A stretch of DNA of 61,866 nucleotides, counting the filler, from Candidatus Woesearchaeota archaeon (GTDB lineage Archaea > Nanobdellota > Nanobdellia > Woesearchaeales > GCA-2687795): the NCBI GenBank assembly GCA_030753365.1. It is 5 parts of 5 records of this genome, joined end to end, with 100 filler letters (N's around TTAATTAATTAA, not from the genome) between each part and the next. Parts side by side here need not be neighbours in the genome. Positions count along the whole stretch, not along the records: positions 13,299 to 29,665 come from JASMCJ010000046.1; positions 29,766 to 45,325 come from JASMCJ010000047.1; 3 more parts are not named here. One strand, written 5' to 3'. The notes beneath the pieces are model-generated. The model was not told where the DNA came from, ran no database searches, and saw only the letters and a program-made list of their open reading frames with translations. Below are positions 20,295 through 30,749 of the stretch, in pieces (the first letter of the stretch is position 1; each line of letters starts with the position of its first letter). A program made the translations under genes and the position numbers.

Positions 20295-21602
20295 TTATAA
20301 ATCATTACTAGTCAAAAGCCCTACGTTTGTTGAGTTTGACTTTATTCTTGTGTCCATTCCAATCAGGTATCTTATGTTTGTCTTCTCAGCTACCTGAACA
20401 AGGTCACGTTCTATGATTCCGTCAAAGACAATGGAATATACTCCTGTTGCCAAGCTTCTGACAGTGGAAACAAGCTCTATTGTAGGAACCTTGCCTAGAA
20501 TGTTAAGCTTTTCGTCCAATATAAAAGCGCCTCTTGTGCCAATAAGTTCTTCTAACATAGTGTTAAAAGTCTTTTTTTCGTTCATAGATAACTGTTTTTT
20601 TTCATATTTGTTAACAGTAGTACTGGGAGAAGTGTTTTTGGCAACAGTTGTAGGTGGTTGCTGTCTTGTACTCTGTGATGGTCTTACAGGTGCTGCGGCA
20701 GGAGATGTTCTTTTTATCTGAACACCTTTCTTTCCATTATGGCCATAATTGTCTTTGCCTAACTCAAATGCGGCCTGTTCTGCGGAAACCCTGTTTCTAA
20801 GAGCTTTATGTATCTCTTTCTTTGTTATCTCTTCAACTTCTTTTCCGTCAGGAGCTTTTGTTACATAGTCTATCTCACATGTTTCAAATAGCTCTTTTAG
20901 TATAAGGTTACCTCCTCTGTCTCCATCAACAAAAGCAGTCATAACCTTTTTCTTGCTAAGATCTATTATTGTTTGAGGTACATTTGTTCCGTTAAGAGCA
21001 ATAGTGTTCTTAAATGAATGCTTTAAGAGGTTAACTACATCTGCTCTTCCTTCAACTAATATAATGTCATCTGACTCATCAACGGCTGGACCGGCAGGAA
21101 GCCTGTCATTACCATAAGTCTTGATTTCCATAACTCTTACGGAATATGCTACTTCATCAGCAAGTTCCTGTGAGTCTGGAAGAACGCCGTCTTGTAGTTC
21201 TTTTAATAGTTCTTTAGCTCTTTCAATCACGAAATTTCTTTTTGAAATTCTTACATCTTCGATTTTGCTTACTTTTATTCTTGAATTACAAGGACCTATT
21301 CTTTGAATAATTTCTAATGCAGCTCCAACTATGGATGTTTCTGCTTTGTCTAAAGAAGAAGGAACTGTTATTGTACCGGTTGTTTTACCGCTCACAGTGT
21401 CAACATTTACTTCTATTCTGCCTATTCTGCCGCTTCTTTGTAATTCTCTTAATTCTAATTCAGAGCCTAACAATCCTTCTGTCTGGCCGAATATAGCTCC
21501 AATTACATCAGGTCTGTCTACGATTCCGTCAATATCTATGCTTGTGTGTATGATATATTTTGCTGATACAGGACTTATTTTTCCCATTTTTATGACCTCC
21601 AC
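20295..21602 (-). CDS. dnaG: Archaeal DnaG (TOPRIM)
   Basis: DVIGAIFGQTEGLLG, VEGRADV, DGDRGG. Confidence 0.95.
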   Translation of the reverse strand: MEVIKMGKISPVSAKYIIHTSIDIDGIVDRPDVIGAIFGQTEGLLGSELELRELQRSGRIGRIEVNVDTVSGKTTGTITVPSSLDKAETSIVGAALEIIQRIGPCNSRIKVSKIEDVRISKRNFVIERAKELLKELQDGVLPDSQELADEVAYSVRVMEIKTYGNDRLPAGPAVDESDDIILVEGRADVVNLLKHSFKNTIALNGTNVPQTIIDLSKKKVMTAFVDGDRGGNLILKELFETCEIDYVTKAPDGKEVEEITKKEIHKALRNRVSAEQAAFELGKDNYGHNGKKGVQIKRTSPAAAPVRPSQSTRQQPPTTVAKNTSPSTTVNKYEKKQLSMNEKKTFNTMLEELIGTRGAFILDEKLNILGKVPTIELVSTVRSLATGVYSIVFDGIIERDLVQVAEKTNIRYLIGMDTRIKSNSTNVGLLTSNDL

Positions 21603-21636
21603 GTGATATTTAATTGTTAAAGACGTATGTCTATGG

Positions 21637-21870
21637 TTAAATCCCTGGTTTTAGAACAAGTTTCCATAACTATATACTGAAATACTTTAGTGATAGTGAT
21701 AAATGAATGTAAACTTGTTCTTTAAGGATTTAAAAGATGTAGCCCGTAACACTAACTCTCTGTCTCATTGCCTGAATCCTCAAAAACAAGGTCTTTAAGG
21801 CCTTAAAAAAGGTAGCGTATCTTTTTTAAAGTTAATTCGTGAGCTCTGCAGAGTTCTCTCGTGACGGGCT
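21637..21870. ncRNA. Candidate structured RNA or leader upstream of dnaG
   Basis: IRs AGAACAAGTTT/AAACTTGTTCT and AGCCCGTAAC/GTGACGGGCT, the latter closing three internal hairpins. Confidence 0.35.
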
Positions 21871-22034
21871 TGTAATCATGCTTTGTTTTGAAAAAAGAAC
21901 CTTAAAATACTCTTCTCATAACGTATTAAGCCCAATTAATTAATGATAATAATACATTAATAGAATGATGGTGAATTTATAAAACTATCGTATTTTTAAG
22001 GATTTGAGAGTGAACAAAAGGGTTTTTTTGTTTT

Positions 22035-23792
22035 TTACACTTTCTCCTGCCCTTTGTAGAAGTCCTTAACCATGCTTAAAGTAGAGCATTCGTCAGGTTT
22101 ACGGTCTTCCCTGATTCTTGCTAATCTTGGGAATCTTAAAGCAAAACCAGAGGAATAAGTAGGGCTTTTCTGGATTTCTTCATATTTGATTTCTATCACA
22201 ACCTTTGGCTTGAGCTTTATTGATCTGCCTTTTTCTGCTATAATATGAGGTTTTAGCAGCTTTGTTAGTTGTTTAAAGCTTACTCCCTCTTCTTCTTTTT
22301 CTTTTATGCCTGTTCCTACTTTGCCAATTTCAAGGAAACTGCCTTCTTCGTCAATACAAGCTACCGTGAAGGAGCTCATCCATTTAGCTCTTTTGCCTTC
22401 CCCCCAGTCTGCTCCTACTATGGTTAAGTCAAGAGTTTCCATTACAGGCTTTAACTTTATCATAAAACCAACCCTTGCGCCTGGTTTATAGGGTGCATCA
22501 AGAGTTTTTAGCATAATACCTTCATTGCCAGCTTTTAATGATTGTTGGTAGAACTTTTCAACTTCCTTTTTATTAGATGTGATTATCTTTTTTGCTAATA
22601 CGATCCTTCTTTCAGATGGCTTGATGATTTTTTCTAATAACTCTCTTCTTTTTTTGAAACTTTCATTAATCATGCTCTTATTATTGTAAAAGATTATATC
22701 GAAAACATTGAGCTCAACAGGAAACTCTTTTGTCATTCTTTCTATCTCAAACTTTCTCCTGATTCTCTGGGAAATATTCTGGAAAGGAAGACATTTGTTT
22801 GTTTTAGGGTTAAAGCCTATTGCTTCAGAGTCAAGTATGAAAGAATCACCTTCTACATTGCTTTTTACATAAGAAACAACTTCAGGGAACTGGTTGGTTA
22901 CGTTTTCAAGCCTTCTTGTAAAAAGGGTTATTTTATTATTGTGCTTATGGCACTGAATTCTGAAGCCATCATATTTCTGTTCTATCTCAGCAGGTGTGCC
23001 TACTTTCTTAAAACCTTCTTCAATAGTGTTCACTTTTAATGCTAGCATGACTTTTATTGGATGACCTGGCTTGAGTTCTATGTCATTTAAGCCTTTTAAT
23101 CCTTTTTTTCTGATAGTTTCAACTATTTCAGAGAAATCGTTGGTTATATCATAAGCCTGCTGGACAGAATCAATATATGTGTTATACTTCTTTCTATCTT
23201 CAACTTTGAAATCATTTTCTTTTTTGTTGTAAGTAAATCCTATGTCCTTTGAGAAAAAAGCCCAAACAATAGCATCCCTTATGCTTCCATCTCCTACGCC
23301 AACCCTTAAATCGTTAAGCACAGTTCTTGTTATATATTTAGCTTCAATTGGTTTAGCTAAGAGCAATAGTTCTGAAATTAACTGCAATTTCTTTTCAACA
23401 GTGCCCTTGCCTTCCAGCTCTGCCAGCTTTCTAAGGTTATCAAAAACCTTAATTATGGTAAGCTCACTGCTGAACAAGGTTTCCTGCTTGTTGGATTTTA
23501 TAACTTCTTCTGCAACACTACCTAAATCGCCAGTCTTTTTCCAGCGGTCTTCAATACCTTTTGCTGAAACACCAGTAGCAGTTGTGATAGCCTTGATAAC
23601 TAATCTTGAAGCAACTCCTGTTTCTCTTTCATCCCATTGTGGGAATAATCTGCCCTGGAGCAAAAGAGTAAGGGTTGGAAGCTCAGTTGCTGGAGCTGAC
23701 TTAAGAAATTCTGATATAATTAAGGTTTTTTTAAGCCTTTTTGAGGTGCTTTCTAACTCTGTGTATACCTTGGCTAATTCTTTATATAACAT
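22035..23792 (-). CDS. lig: ATP-dependent DNA ligase
   Basis: KYDGFR, EGIMLK, LRFPR. Confidence 0.95.
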   Translation of the reverse strand: MLYKELAKVYTELESTSKRLKKTLIISEFLKSAPATELPTLTLLLQGRLFPQWDERETGVASRLVIKAITTATGVSAKGIEDRWKKTGDLGSVAEEVIKSNKQETLFSSELTIIKVFDNLRKLAELEGKGTVEKKLQLISELLLLAKPIEAKYITRTVLNDLRVGVGDGSIRDAIVWAFFSKDIGFTYNKKENDFKVEDRKKYNTYIDSVQQAYDITNDFSEIVETIRKKGLKGLNDIELKPGHPIKVMLALKVNTIEEGFKKVGTPAEIEQKYDGFRIQCHKHNNKITLFTRRLENVTNQFPEVVSYVKSNVEGDSFILDSEAIGFNPKTNKCLPFQNISQRIRRKFEIERMTKEFPVELNVFDIIFYNNKSMINESFKKRRELLEKIIKPSERRIVLAKKIITSNKKEVEKFYQQSLKAGNEGIMLKTLDAPYKPGARVGFMIKLKPVMETLDLTIVGADWGEGKRAKWMSSFTVACIDEEGSFLEIGKVGTGIKEKEEEGVSFKQLTKLLKPHIIAEKGRSIKLKPKVVIEIKYEEIQKSPTYSSGFALRFPRLARIREDRKPDECSTLSMVKDFYKGQEKV

Positions 23793-23881
23793 AAATATAA
23801 GATGGGGTTGATTATTTATAAATCTAATGAAATTTTTTGGAATACGTTAAATATAAATACTAGCAAACTAAGTAATTTTGT

Positions 23882-24523
23882 ATGGATGTCAGAGAATGTA
23901 TTTACACAAGGCGCTCTGTAAGGAAATTCCTTGACCAACATGTGGAATGGGATAAAGTGGGTGAGATACTTGAAGCTGGCAGAGTTGCGCCTTCAGCAGG
24001 TAATCTTCAGAACTGGAAGTTTATTGTAGTTCTTGAAAAGGATACAAGGAAGAAGATAGCAGATGTCTGCCTTCAACAATATTGGATGACAGATGCGCCA
24101 GTTCATATTATTATTTGTTCAGAGCCAATAAAAGGCAAAAGGTTCTATGGAGTAAGAGGAGAAAGGCTTTATTCTGTGCAGAACTGCGCAGCTGCAGCTG
24201 AAAATATGCTGTTGATGGCTCACTCTCTTGGATTAGGAGGATGTTGGATAGGAGCTTTTGATGAGGATGGATTAAGCAGCACATTAGGCATAATAGAAGA
24301 AGTAAGACCACAGATAGTGCTTACTATTGGATATACAAATGTAAAACCTTTGATGCCTACAAGATATAAGCTTGAAAATGTAGTTTTCTTAGAGAAATAT
24401 GGAAACAGAATGAAAGATGCAGCAGCAACAATGGGGTTGCATTATGCAAAAATCCAAAGAGGTATTGGTAAAACTAAAGATATATTGGATAAGGTTAATA
24501 AGAAGGTTTTTAGGAGAGAATAG
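23882..24523 (+). CDS. Nitroreductase family protein
   Basis: RRSVRKF, APSAGNLQNW, AHSLGLGGCWIG. Confidence 0.92.
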   Translation: MDVRECIYTRRSVRKFLDQHVEWDKVGEILEAGRVAPSAGNLQNWKFIVVLEKDTRKKIADVCLQQYWMTDAPVHIIICSEPIKGKRFYGVRGERLYSVQNCAAAAENMLLMAHSLGLGGCWIGAFDEDGLSSTLGIIEEVRPQIVLTIGYTNVKPLMPTRYKLENVVFLEKYGNRMKDAAATMGLHYAKIQRGIGKTKDILDKVNKKVFRRE

Positions 24524-24630
24524 TTCTTAGATTAGTAGAATTCTAATTATATTTTTAAAAAAATAAAAAAAAAGCCTTCACAAAATATTTTGGGGGTATT
24601 TAATGAAGGCCAAGAACTCATAAGAGTTAT

Positions 24631-25704
24631 TTACCTTATAATCTCTATCCCCAGCTCTTCGCTTATTTCCTGAGCCTGAGGAGTTGGTTTTGAGTAATCT
24701 TGTTTGCCTAGTATCCAAGGAGATTCTACGCCGGTTATGATGGTCATAACACTTAGCTTACCTTTCATGTCATCTCCAACTCTGGCACCCCAGATAACAT
24801 TTGCATCATCATCAAGGCTTTCAGTAACCAATTCACCTACTCTGTTTATATCGTCCAAAGTAAGATCAGGACCTCCTGACACATGAATCAATGCGCCGGT
24901 TGCGCCTTTATAGCTTATGTCCAGTAATGGGTTAGATAATGCTCCCTTTACAGCTTCATCTACTTTGTTATTTGTATCTGAAGAGCCTACGCCAATGGCA
25001 GCAACACCGCCATTAGTCATTATAGTCTTAACATCAGCATAATCCAGATTAACTAAAGATGGAATTGCTATTGTCTCAACAATGCCTTTAATCATAGTAG
25101 ATACCAATTCGTTAGCTACAGCAAAAGCCTGAGTGATAGGCAGATTTCCTGCTATGTTAACAAGCCTGTTATTATCTATTACAATTACTGTATCGCTTAC
25201 CTGCCTTAACTGCTGTAATCCAAACTCTGCCTTGTCAACTCTTGCCCGTTCTATCTTGAATGGCATAGTTACAGTTCCAATGACAATTGAACCAGTATCT
25301 CTTGCGATTTGAGCAATAACTGGGGCTGCTCCTGTTCCTGTTCCTCCACCCATGCCTGCGCAGACAAAAACCATGTCAGAACCTTTCAATGATTCTTTTA
25401 TTTCCTGCACACTTTCCTGGGCAGATTCAGCACCCTTTTCCGGAAAGCCGCCGCAGCCTAAGCCTTTAGTAAGATCTTTTCCAATTATGAATTTTCTGTC
25501 AGCTTCAATACTGTCAACATGCTGTTTATCAGTGTTGCATGCAACAATCTCAGCACCCTTTACACCTTTCTTATATAACCAGTTGACCATGTTATTCCCA
25601 GCACCGCCAACACCTATAACTCTTATGTTTGCTTTACCAACGAATACATCGTCAGTAGTTTTTTCCTCGTAATTGTTTAATGCGTTTTCTACAATTAAAT
25701 CCAT
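24631..25704 (-). CDS. ftsZ: Cell division protein FtsZ
   Basis: [22 protein letters not shown]. Confidence 0.97.
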   Translation of the reverse strand: MDLIVENALNNYEEKTTDDVFVGKANIRVIGVGGAGNNMVNWLYKKGVKGAEIVACNTDKQHVDSIEADRKFIIGKDLTKGLGCGGFPEKGAESAQESVQEIKESLKGSDMVFVCAGMGGGTGTGAAPVIAQIARDTGSIVIGTVTMPFKIERARVDKAEFGLQQLRQVSDTVIVIDNNRLVNIAGNLPITQAFAVANELVSTMIKGIVETIAIPSLVNLDYADVKTIMTNGGVAAIGVGSSDTNNKVDEAVKGALSNPLLDISYKGATGALIHVSGGPDLTLDDINRVGELVTESLDDDANVIWGARVGDDMKGKLSVMTIITGVESPWILGKQDYSKPTPQAQEISEELGIEIIR

Positions 25705-25983
25705 TTTATCTCAACCCCCTTTTTTTGTTTTTTTTAATATTTTCATATATTTTACACTAACGAAAAGTTTATATACTACTTACCCTCCATTATCTCTTAA
25801 GAAACAGTTGTATTACGCCAATGATACCTAACTGTGTATGAGGGGAAAAATAACTCATAAGCCAAATTTTCTGTGTTTAAGAGACAGACTAAAATATTAA
25901 TTGCGCCAACAATTAATTATTTTTATGAACACAATCATATATAAATACTTCTATAGTGGAAACTATATATCTTAGAATACTAT

Positions 25984-26523
25984 TTATCGCTCAAAAAGAG
26001 TTTTTCTCTTCCCAGAATATAATCCCATGTTACTCATTTGTTCGAATTGTGCTTTTGCGAGTGTAAGGGCTGAAACCGTAAAATTATACTCTTCCTTGAT
26101 TTCTCCGCAGATATTTTTGACAAGGTTGCTGTCAATATTTTCTCCTATAATAAGAACATTAGCCCTATCTTTCAGTTCAGATCCATGCAATATTAAAGAT
26201 TCAACATTTGGCATCTTAGAGGCTGATTCCACAAATATTTCAACAATGCGCTTGTCTTCCTTGATAAAAGATTCTAAGAATTCTGTGCTTTTATTTTGTT
26301 TTATTTTGTATAATTTGAATTTCTTGATCTTCTTTTCATCTATTATGTTAAGAGCAATAAGCTTGGTAATTATCCTATATGTAGAAGCTACAGGCACTTT
26401 AGAGAGCTTTGCGATCTCTCTTAAATAGAACTCATTTCCTTTGTCAGCAAGGAAAAGCTTTAGGACTTTGAGAACTTTTTTGTCAAACAATTCTTCTAGT
26501 AGCTTGATGTTGTCAATTTCCAT
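25984..26523 (-). CDS. Winged-HTH protein with degenerate nucleotidyltransferase-like C-domain
   Basis: FYLREIAKLSKVPVASTYR HTH; ILHGS motif without catalytic DxD. Confidence 0.6.
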   Translation of the reverse strand: MEIDNIKLLEELFDKKVLKVLKLFLADKGNEFYLREIAKLSKVPVASTYRIITKLIALNIIDEKKIKKFKLYKIKQNKSTEFLESFIKEDKRIVEIFVESASKMPNVESLILHGSELKDRANVLIIGENIDSNLVKNICGEIKEEYNFTVSALTLAKAQFEQMSNMGLYSGKRKTLFER

Positions 26524-26670
26524 TAGATGTTCTTAATCTATGTTATATATAAATGTTATCAAAATTGGAAAAGTGTTTCAAATTTGGAACAATGAGTTTT
26601 TGGTTTGAGTTTGATGAAGAATAGACTGAAAAGAAATCCTAAGATAATAAGCAGAAAGAATTGTATGCTT

Positions 26671-27045
26671 TTATATCAAAACAGCATTAACAGCGCCATC
26701 CTGGCCAGGCCTTGAGGTAACTCTTGCATTGCCTTTGTCTGTGTTTATGATCGCACCTTTTGTTATGATATTTCTTCTTATGAATTGCTTGTTAGCAGAA
26801 TTGTCTATGATTGAGAGTATCTTTGCCTTTGAATATTTGTTTGTCTTTTTGTCAAGAACGTTAGCAGTATCAATACCTAAAAGCCTAAGCTTCTGGTTTC
26901 CGCCCCTTGTCTTGATTTTTTTGAGCTTTTTCTCTTCAACCTTTGTGTGAGATGGTATTCTACCTGCTTCAAAGAGCCTCTTCTTTCTGATAGCTTTATA
27001 CCTTCCACCAGTTGATTTTCTTAGTGATTTTGCTTGACTTATCAT
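26671..27045 (-). CDS. rps8e: 30S ribosomal protein S8e
   Basis: RKSTGG, TRGGN, ITKGAII, VTSRPGQDGAVNA. Confidence 0.96.
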   Translation of the reverse strand: MISQAKSLRKSTGGRYKAIRKKRLFEAGRIPSHTKVEEKKLKKIKTRGGNQKLRLLGIDTANVLDKKTNKYSKAKILSIIDNSANKQFIRRNIITKGAIINTDKGNARVTSRPGQDGAVNAVLI

Positions 27046-27123
27046 CTTAAAATATAGAAAATTGGTTTTAGTTTATATTTGTTTCTAAATATTTATAAAT
27101 TTTCATTGTTTCTCTCTAAAATA

Positions 27124-27782
27124 ATGATAAAAATATCAGCTTCTTTGATGTGCGCGGATTATTCTAATCTTGCTGAGCAGGTTAAATTGTTAGAAAAGGC
27201 AGGAGTTGATATGCTGCATTTTGATATAATGGATGGGGATTTTGTTCCTAACTTTGCGATGAGCCAGCTTGAAATGAAGGCTTTAAGGTCATTGACAAGC
27301 CTTACCTTTGATGTGCACCTTATGATTAAAGAACCTATAAGGTATATAAAGCAATTCGCGGATGCTGGAGCTGATATACTAACTGTTCATGCTGAGGCTT
27401 GTGAACACCTAGGAGAAACAATACAAGGGATTAAAGAGCATGGGAAGAAGGCAGCGGTTGCGTTAAATCCTTCAACACCTTTGTTTGCAATACAACATAT
27501 GTTTGGTGAATTATGGTACTGTTAATGACAGTAAACCCTGGCTTTTCAGGCCAAAAATATATTCCTTCTGTTATTCCAAAGATTAAAGAATTAAGAGAAC
27601 TGTTGAATAAGAAGGCTCTTACTATGGATATACAAGTTGATGGAGGTGTTAGCCCAGAGTCAATAAAGCTTATGGCAAGTAATGGAGCAAATGTGTTTGT
27701 TGGCGGCTCATCAGGAGTGTTTGTTAAAGAAAAAAAGTTTGAAGATAGTGTAAACACTCTAAGAGGGCTGGCAAATATTTAA
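27124..27782 (+). pseudogene. rpe: Ribulose-phosphate 3-epimerase, split by a frameshift near 27510
   Basis: HFDIMDGDFVPN, DVHLM and LNPSTP in one frame; [10 protein letters not shown] and VDGG in another. Confidence 0.85.
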
Positions 27783-27797
27783 GTTATAAATTGTCAA

Positions 27798-28829
27798 TTA
27801 CACTTCTTCTTCCATTTCTTCTTTATATTTGCCTTTTGTTGCAAGACTGTTCAATTTTGCCCTAAAAATAAAAGCTTTCTGGGCAGCAAGAAGGTTTTCA
27901 TCTTTTCCTTGCCAAACCTTTAATGCAGGTCCTTGTAAGGCCCTTGCATAAGAGAAGCTTACATTCCAGGGAAATTCTTTTCCTAAAGTGTGTATCCTGT
28001 TCAAGTGTGCTGTTGCTTCTAAAGGAGTCTGTCCTCCTGATAAGAAATTAATGCTCGGCAACTCAGGTGGGACAACTTTCTTTAATAATTGAGCAGTTCT
28101 TTTTGCAACTTCATCAACACTAGCACGATTGTTAGCTTGGTTACCTGAAATTATCATGCTTGTCTTTAGAATAAGTGTCTTAATGTCAACTTCTTCTTCT
28201 TCCAATGCTTCAAACACTTTGATAAGAACTTTCTCATTAACCTCTTCAGATTTGTCAATAGAGTGTGTTCCATCAATAAGCACTTCAGGTTCAATAATTG
28301 GAACAATTCCATGCTCTTGGCAAACTTTTGCATATCTTGCAAGATCCTGGGCGTTTATTTCGATAATCTCATCACTTGGTGTATTTTTAGAAATAAGATA
28401 AACAACACGCCATTTGGCAAACCTGCAACCCATTTTCTTGTATTCTTCTAATCTTTCGCCTAATCCTTCAAGACCTTTTGTTGTAATTTGTTCGTCTTTA
28501 TCATTAATATCCTCCAAACCTTTGTCAACCTTAATTCCTGGGACAATTCCAAGTTTTGCGAGAAATTCTGGAAACAACACGCCATCATTAGATTTTTGGC
28601 TTAATGTTTCTTCAAATAAAATAACTCCTAAAATATATTTTTCAATTCCAGGAGAAGTTAGTATCATATTCCTGTATTGTCTTCTTGTCTCTTCTGTTGA
28701 TTCAGTATTAATAGCAACCAATCTTTTAGTAGCTGTTTTAACACTTTCATCCGCAGCTAAAATACCTTTACCTACAGTCACAATCTCTTTAATAGTTTGT
28801 TTAAGTTCTTCATTAGTCAAGTTTACCAC
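27798..28829 (-). CDS. Fructose-bisphosphate aldolase, class I (eukaryote/bacterial glycolytic type)
   Basis: GKGILAADES, GIKVDKG, FAKWR, PIIEPEV, FLSGGQ, FSYARALQ. Confidence 0.95.
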   Translation of the reverse strand: MVNLTNEELKQTIKEIVTVGKGILAADESVKTATKRLVAINTESTEETRRQYRNMILTSPGIEKYILGVILFEETLSQKSNDGVLFPEFLAKLGIVPGIKVDKGLEDINDKDEQITTKGLEGLGERLEEYKKMGCRFAKWRVVYLISKNTPSDEIIEINAQDLARYAKVCQEHGIVPIIEPEVLIDGTHSIDKSEEVNEKVLIKVFEALEEEEVDIKTLILKTSMIISGNQANNRASVDEVAKRTAQLLKKVVPPELPSINFLSGGQTPLEATAHLNRIHTLGKEFPWNVSFSYARALQGPALKVWQGKDENLLAAQKAFIFRAKLNSLATKGKYKEEMEEEV

Positions 28830-28848
28830 CTCTTAGGTTTTTATATAA

Positions 28849-29665
28849 TTAATCAAATCTATGAAAAGCCTCAATAAATCTTATAGTGCCTGTCCTAGAC
28901 CGCATAACAATAGAATGGGTTATGGTTTTGTCTTCTTCAAACCTTACCCCTCTTAACATTGGGCCATCTGTGACTCCTGTTGCAACAAACATATGAATAT
29001 TGCCCTTTGCTAAGTCGTCTGTATGAAATATTCTTTCTTCTGGTTTGTCTATTCCCATTTCCTCTGCTTTTTGCTTTTCTTTTTTATCCTTAAACACAAA
29101 CCTTGCCTGGATTTCTCCACCTAGGCATTTAAGCGCTGATGCAGCAATAACGCCTTCAGGCGCTTTTCCTATGCCCATCAGGATATCAATGCCTGAACCT
29201 TCTACTGAAGGAGAAATTGCTCCAGATATGTCTCCGTCTGTTATAAGTTTTATTCTTGCTCCTGTTTCTCTTATTTCTTCTATAAGCTGTTCATGCCTTG
29301 GCCTGTCAAGCACTACAACAGTTATCTCTCCAATCTCTTTATTAAGTTTTCTGGCAACAGCAGTAATATTTTCTTTAACAGAAGAATCAATATTAATACT
29401 TCCTTTTGCATTTGGACCAACTGCTATCTTATTCATATAAACCTCAGGTGCATGCAACAGACATCCTTTAGGTGATGCCGCAAACACACAAATCGCATTT
29501 CCTCTGCCATAAGCTACACTATCAGGACATTCAAGAGGGTCAACTGCTATATCAAAACTAACGCCATTCTTTTTTCCAACTTCTTCACCAATATATAACA
29601 TAGGCGCTTCATCAATTTCTCCCTCGCCTATTACAATCTTACCATGAAAATCAATATCATTGAGC
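28849..29665 (-). CDS. glpX: Fructose-1,6-bisphosphatase class II (5' end cut by contig gap)
   Basis: IGEGE.DEAPMLYIGE, DIAVDPLE, LDRPRH, APEGV, TGVTDG. Confidence 0.93.
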
Positions 29666-29765
29666 NNNNNNNNNNNNNNNNNNNNNNNNNNNNNNNNNNN
29701 NNNNNNNNNTTAATTAATTAANNNNNNNNNNNNNNNNNNNNNNNNNNNNNNNNNNNNNNNNNNNN
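29666..29765. other. Artificial contig linker
   Basis: N run with TTAATTAATTAA. Confidence 0.97.
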
Positions 29766-30165
29766 TTAACTTGCTTAAATGACAATATTTACTTTTGAGC
29801 ATGATAGGGAGATTCCCAATTTGGGTTATGAAACTTTCTCTCTGGACACCATTGGTGTGAGAGCTGATTTCAATAAAGACAGGAGAAGAATAAGTAAGTT
29901 TTCTGAGCCGGGCTTCGATGGGAAAAATATCTCTTTTTGAGCCGTCAGCTTCTATGATTTCTGGTTTTGTTACCCATATCTTGTCAAGCTTTATCTTAAA
30001 ATCATCTACATTATGAGGAATTATTGTTGGCTCTATCTCTTTATTTTCTTCTATGATTGCCTGTAATTCTTTATCAATGAAATTATTAAAAGATTCTATG
30101 TCGGAGCCAACAAAACTATTCTCTTCAAAAAATTTCTTGAGAAGAAGCTTGTGAGGATTGGTCAT
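29766..30165 (-). CDS. rpoB: RNA polymerase subunit B/B'' N-terminus (partial)
   Basis: SFNNF, EARLRKLTYS, IGNLPIMLKS; follows rpoH. Confidence 0.93.
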
Positions 30166-30405
30166 TTATTCTATTACCCCCTTAAATATAATAGCTTCCC
30201 CGGCAGTAGGACTTTCTCTAATGACTTTAATAATATCTCCTGCTTTAACTTTTAATTCTTTAAGAGAAGGATCGTTTTTGAATAAAAAAGGAAGCTCGTT
30301 GAAAGAAATGTTATATTTATCAAAAAGAGCTTGTTTCTCTTGTTCTGTAACTTTTGCATATTTAGGTATTAATATATGCTTTGTAATGTCTACTTTTTCT
30401 TTCAT
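30166..30405 (-). CDS. rpoH: RNA polymerase subunit H (Rpo5)
   Basis: HILIPK, LP...DP, GDIIKVIRESPTAG. Confidence 0.93.
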   Translation of the reverse strand: MKEKVDITKHILIPKYAKVTEQEKQALFDKYNISFNELPFLFKNDPSLKELKVKAGDIIKVIRESPTAGEAIIFKGVIE

Positions 30406-30435
30406 TTAACTGTTTCCCTCGATTAGTATAAAAAA

Positions 30436-30582
30436 TGGGCCGGACGAGATTTTCTTTGTAAAGCTTCGAACTCGCGACCACATCATTACTTTCAGCCTGT
30501 TGAAAGTTCGAAAACTTTCAGTTTTCGTTAAAAGTGATGTGCTCTATTGCCCAAAATGATTTCCAGGCTGAGCTACCGGCCC
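30436..30582 (-). tRNA. tRNA-Lys(UUU) with three introns (D-loop about 15 nt, 37/38 42 nt, T-loop 15 nt)
   Basis: Acceptor GGGCCGG/CCGGCCC, D stem GCTC/GAGC, anticodon stem CATCA/TGATG with CT-TTT-A, BHB helix CTTT/AAAG, T stem GCGAG/CTCGT. Confidence 0.85.
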
Positions 30583-30607
30583 GTGATTGTATAGTATATG
30601 ATAAAAA

Positions 30608-30733
30608 CGCCCTGGCCGGGACTTTCAAATCAAATTTTTGAACTATGATATTTTTTGAACCCGGGTCAAAGCCTAACTGCTGAACCCCTGTTCAGCGACA
30701 GGGCTTTATGCTAGGCCGCTACACTACCAGGGC
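30608..30733 (-). tRNA. tRNA-Asp(GUC) with two introns (37/38 21 nt, 59/60 32 nt)
   Basis: Acceptor GCCCTGG/CCAGGGC, anticodon stem AAGCC/GGCTT with CT-GTC-G, BHB helices CTGT/GCAG and TTCA/TGAA; 73+21+32=126 nt. Confidence 0.9.
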
Positions 30734-30749
30734 ATTAAATGCGATTTTG

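Noticed and set aside
21741..21870. RNase P or SRP RNA
   Set aside because: Only about 130 nt, with no convincing GAGGAAAGUCC/ACAGAA pair and no SRP helix-8 motif; kept only as an unassigned structure.
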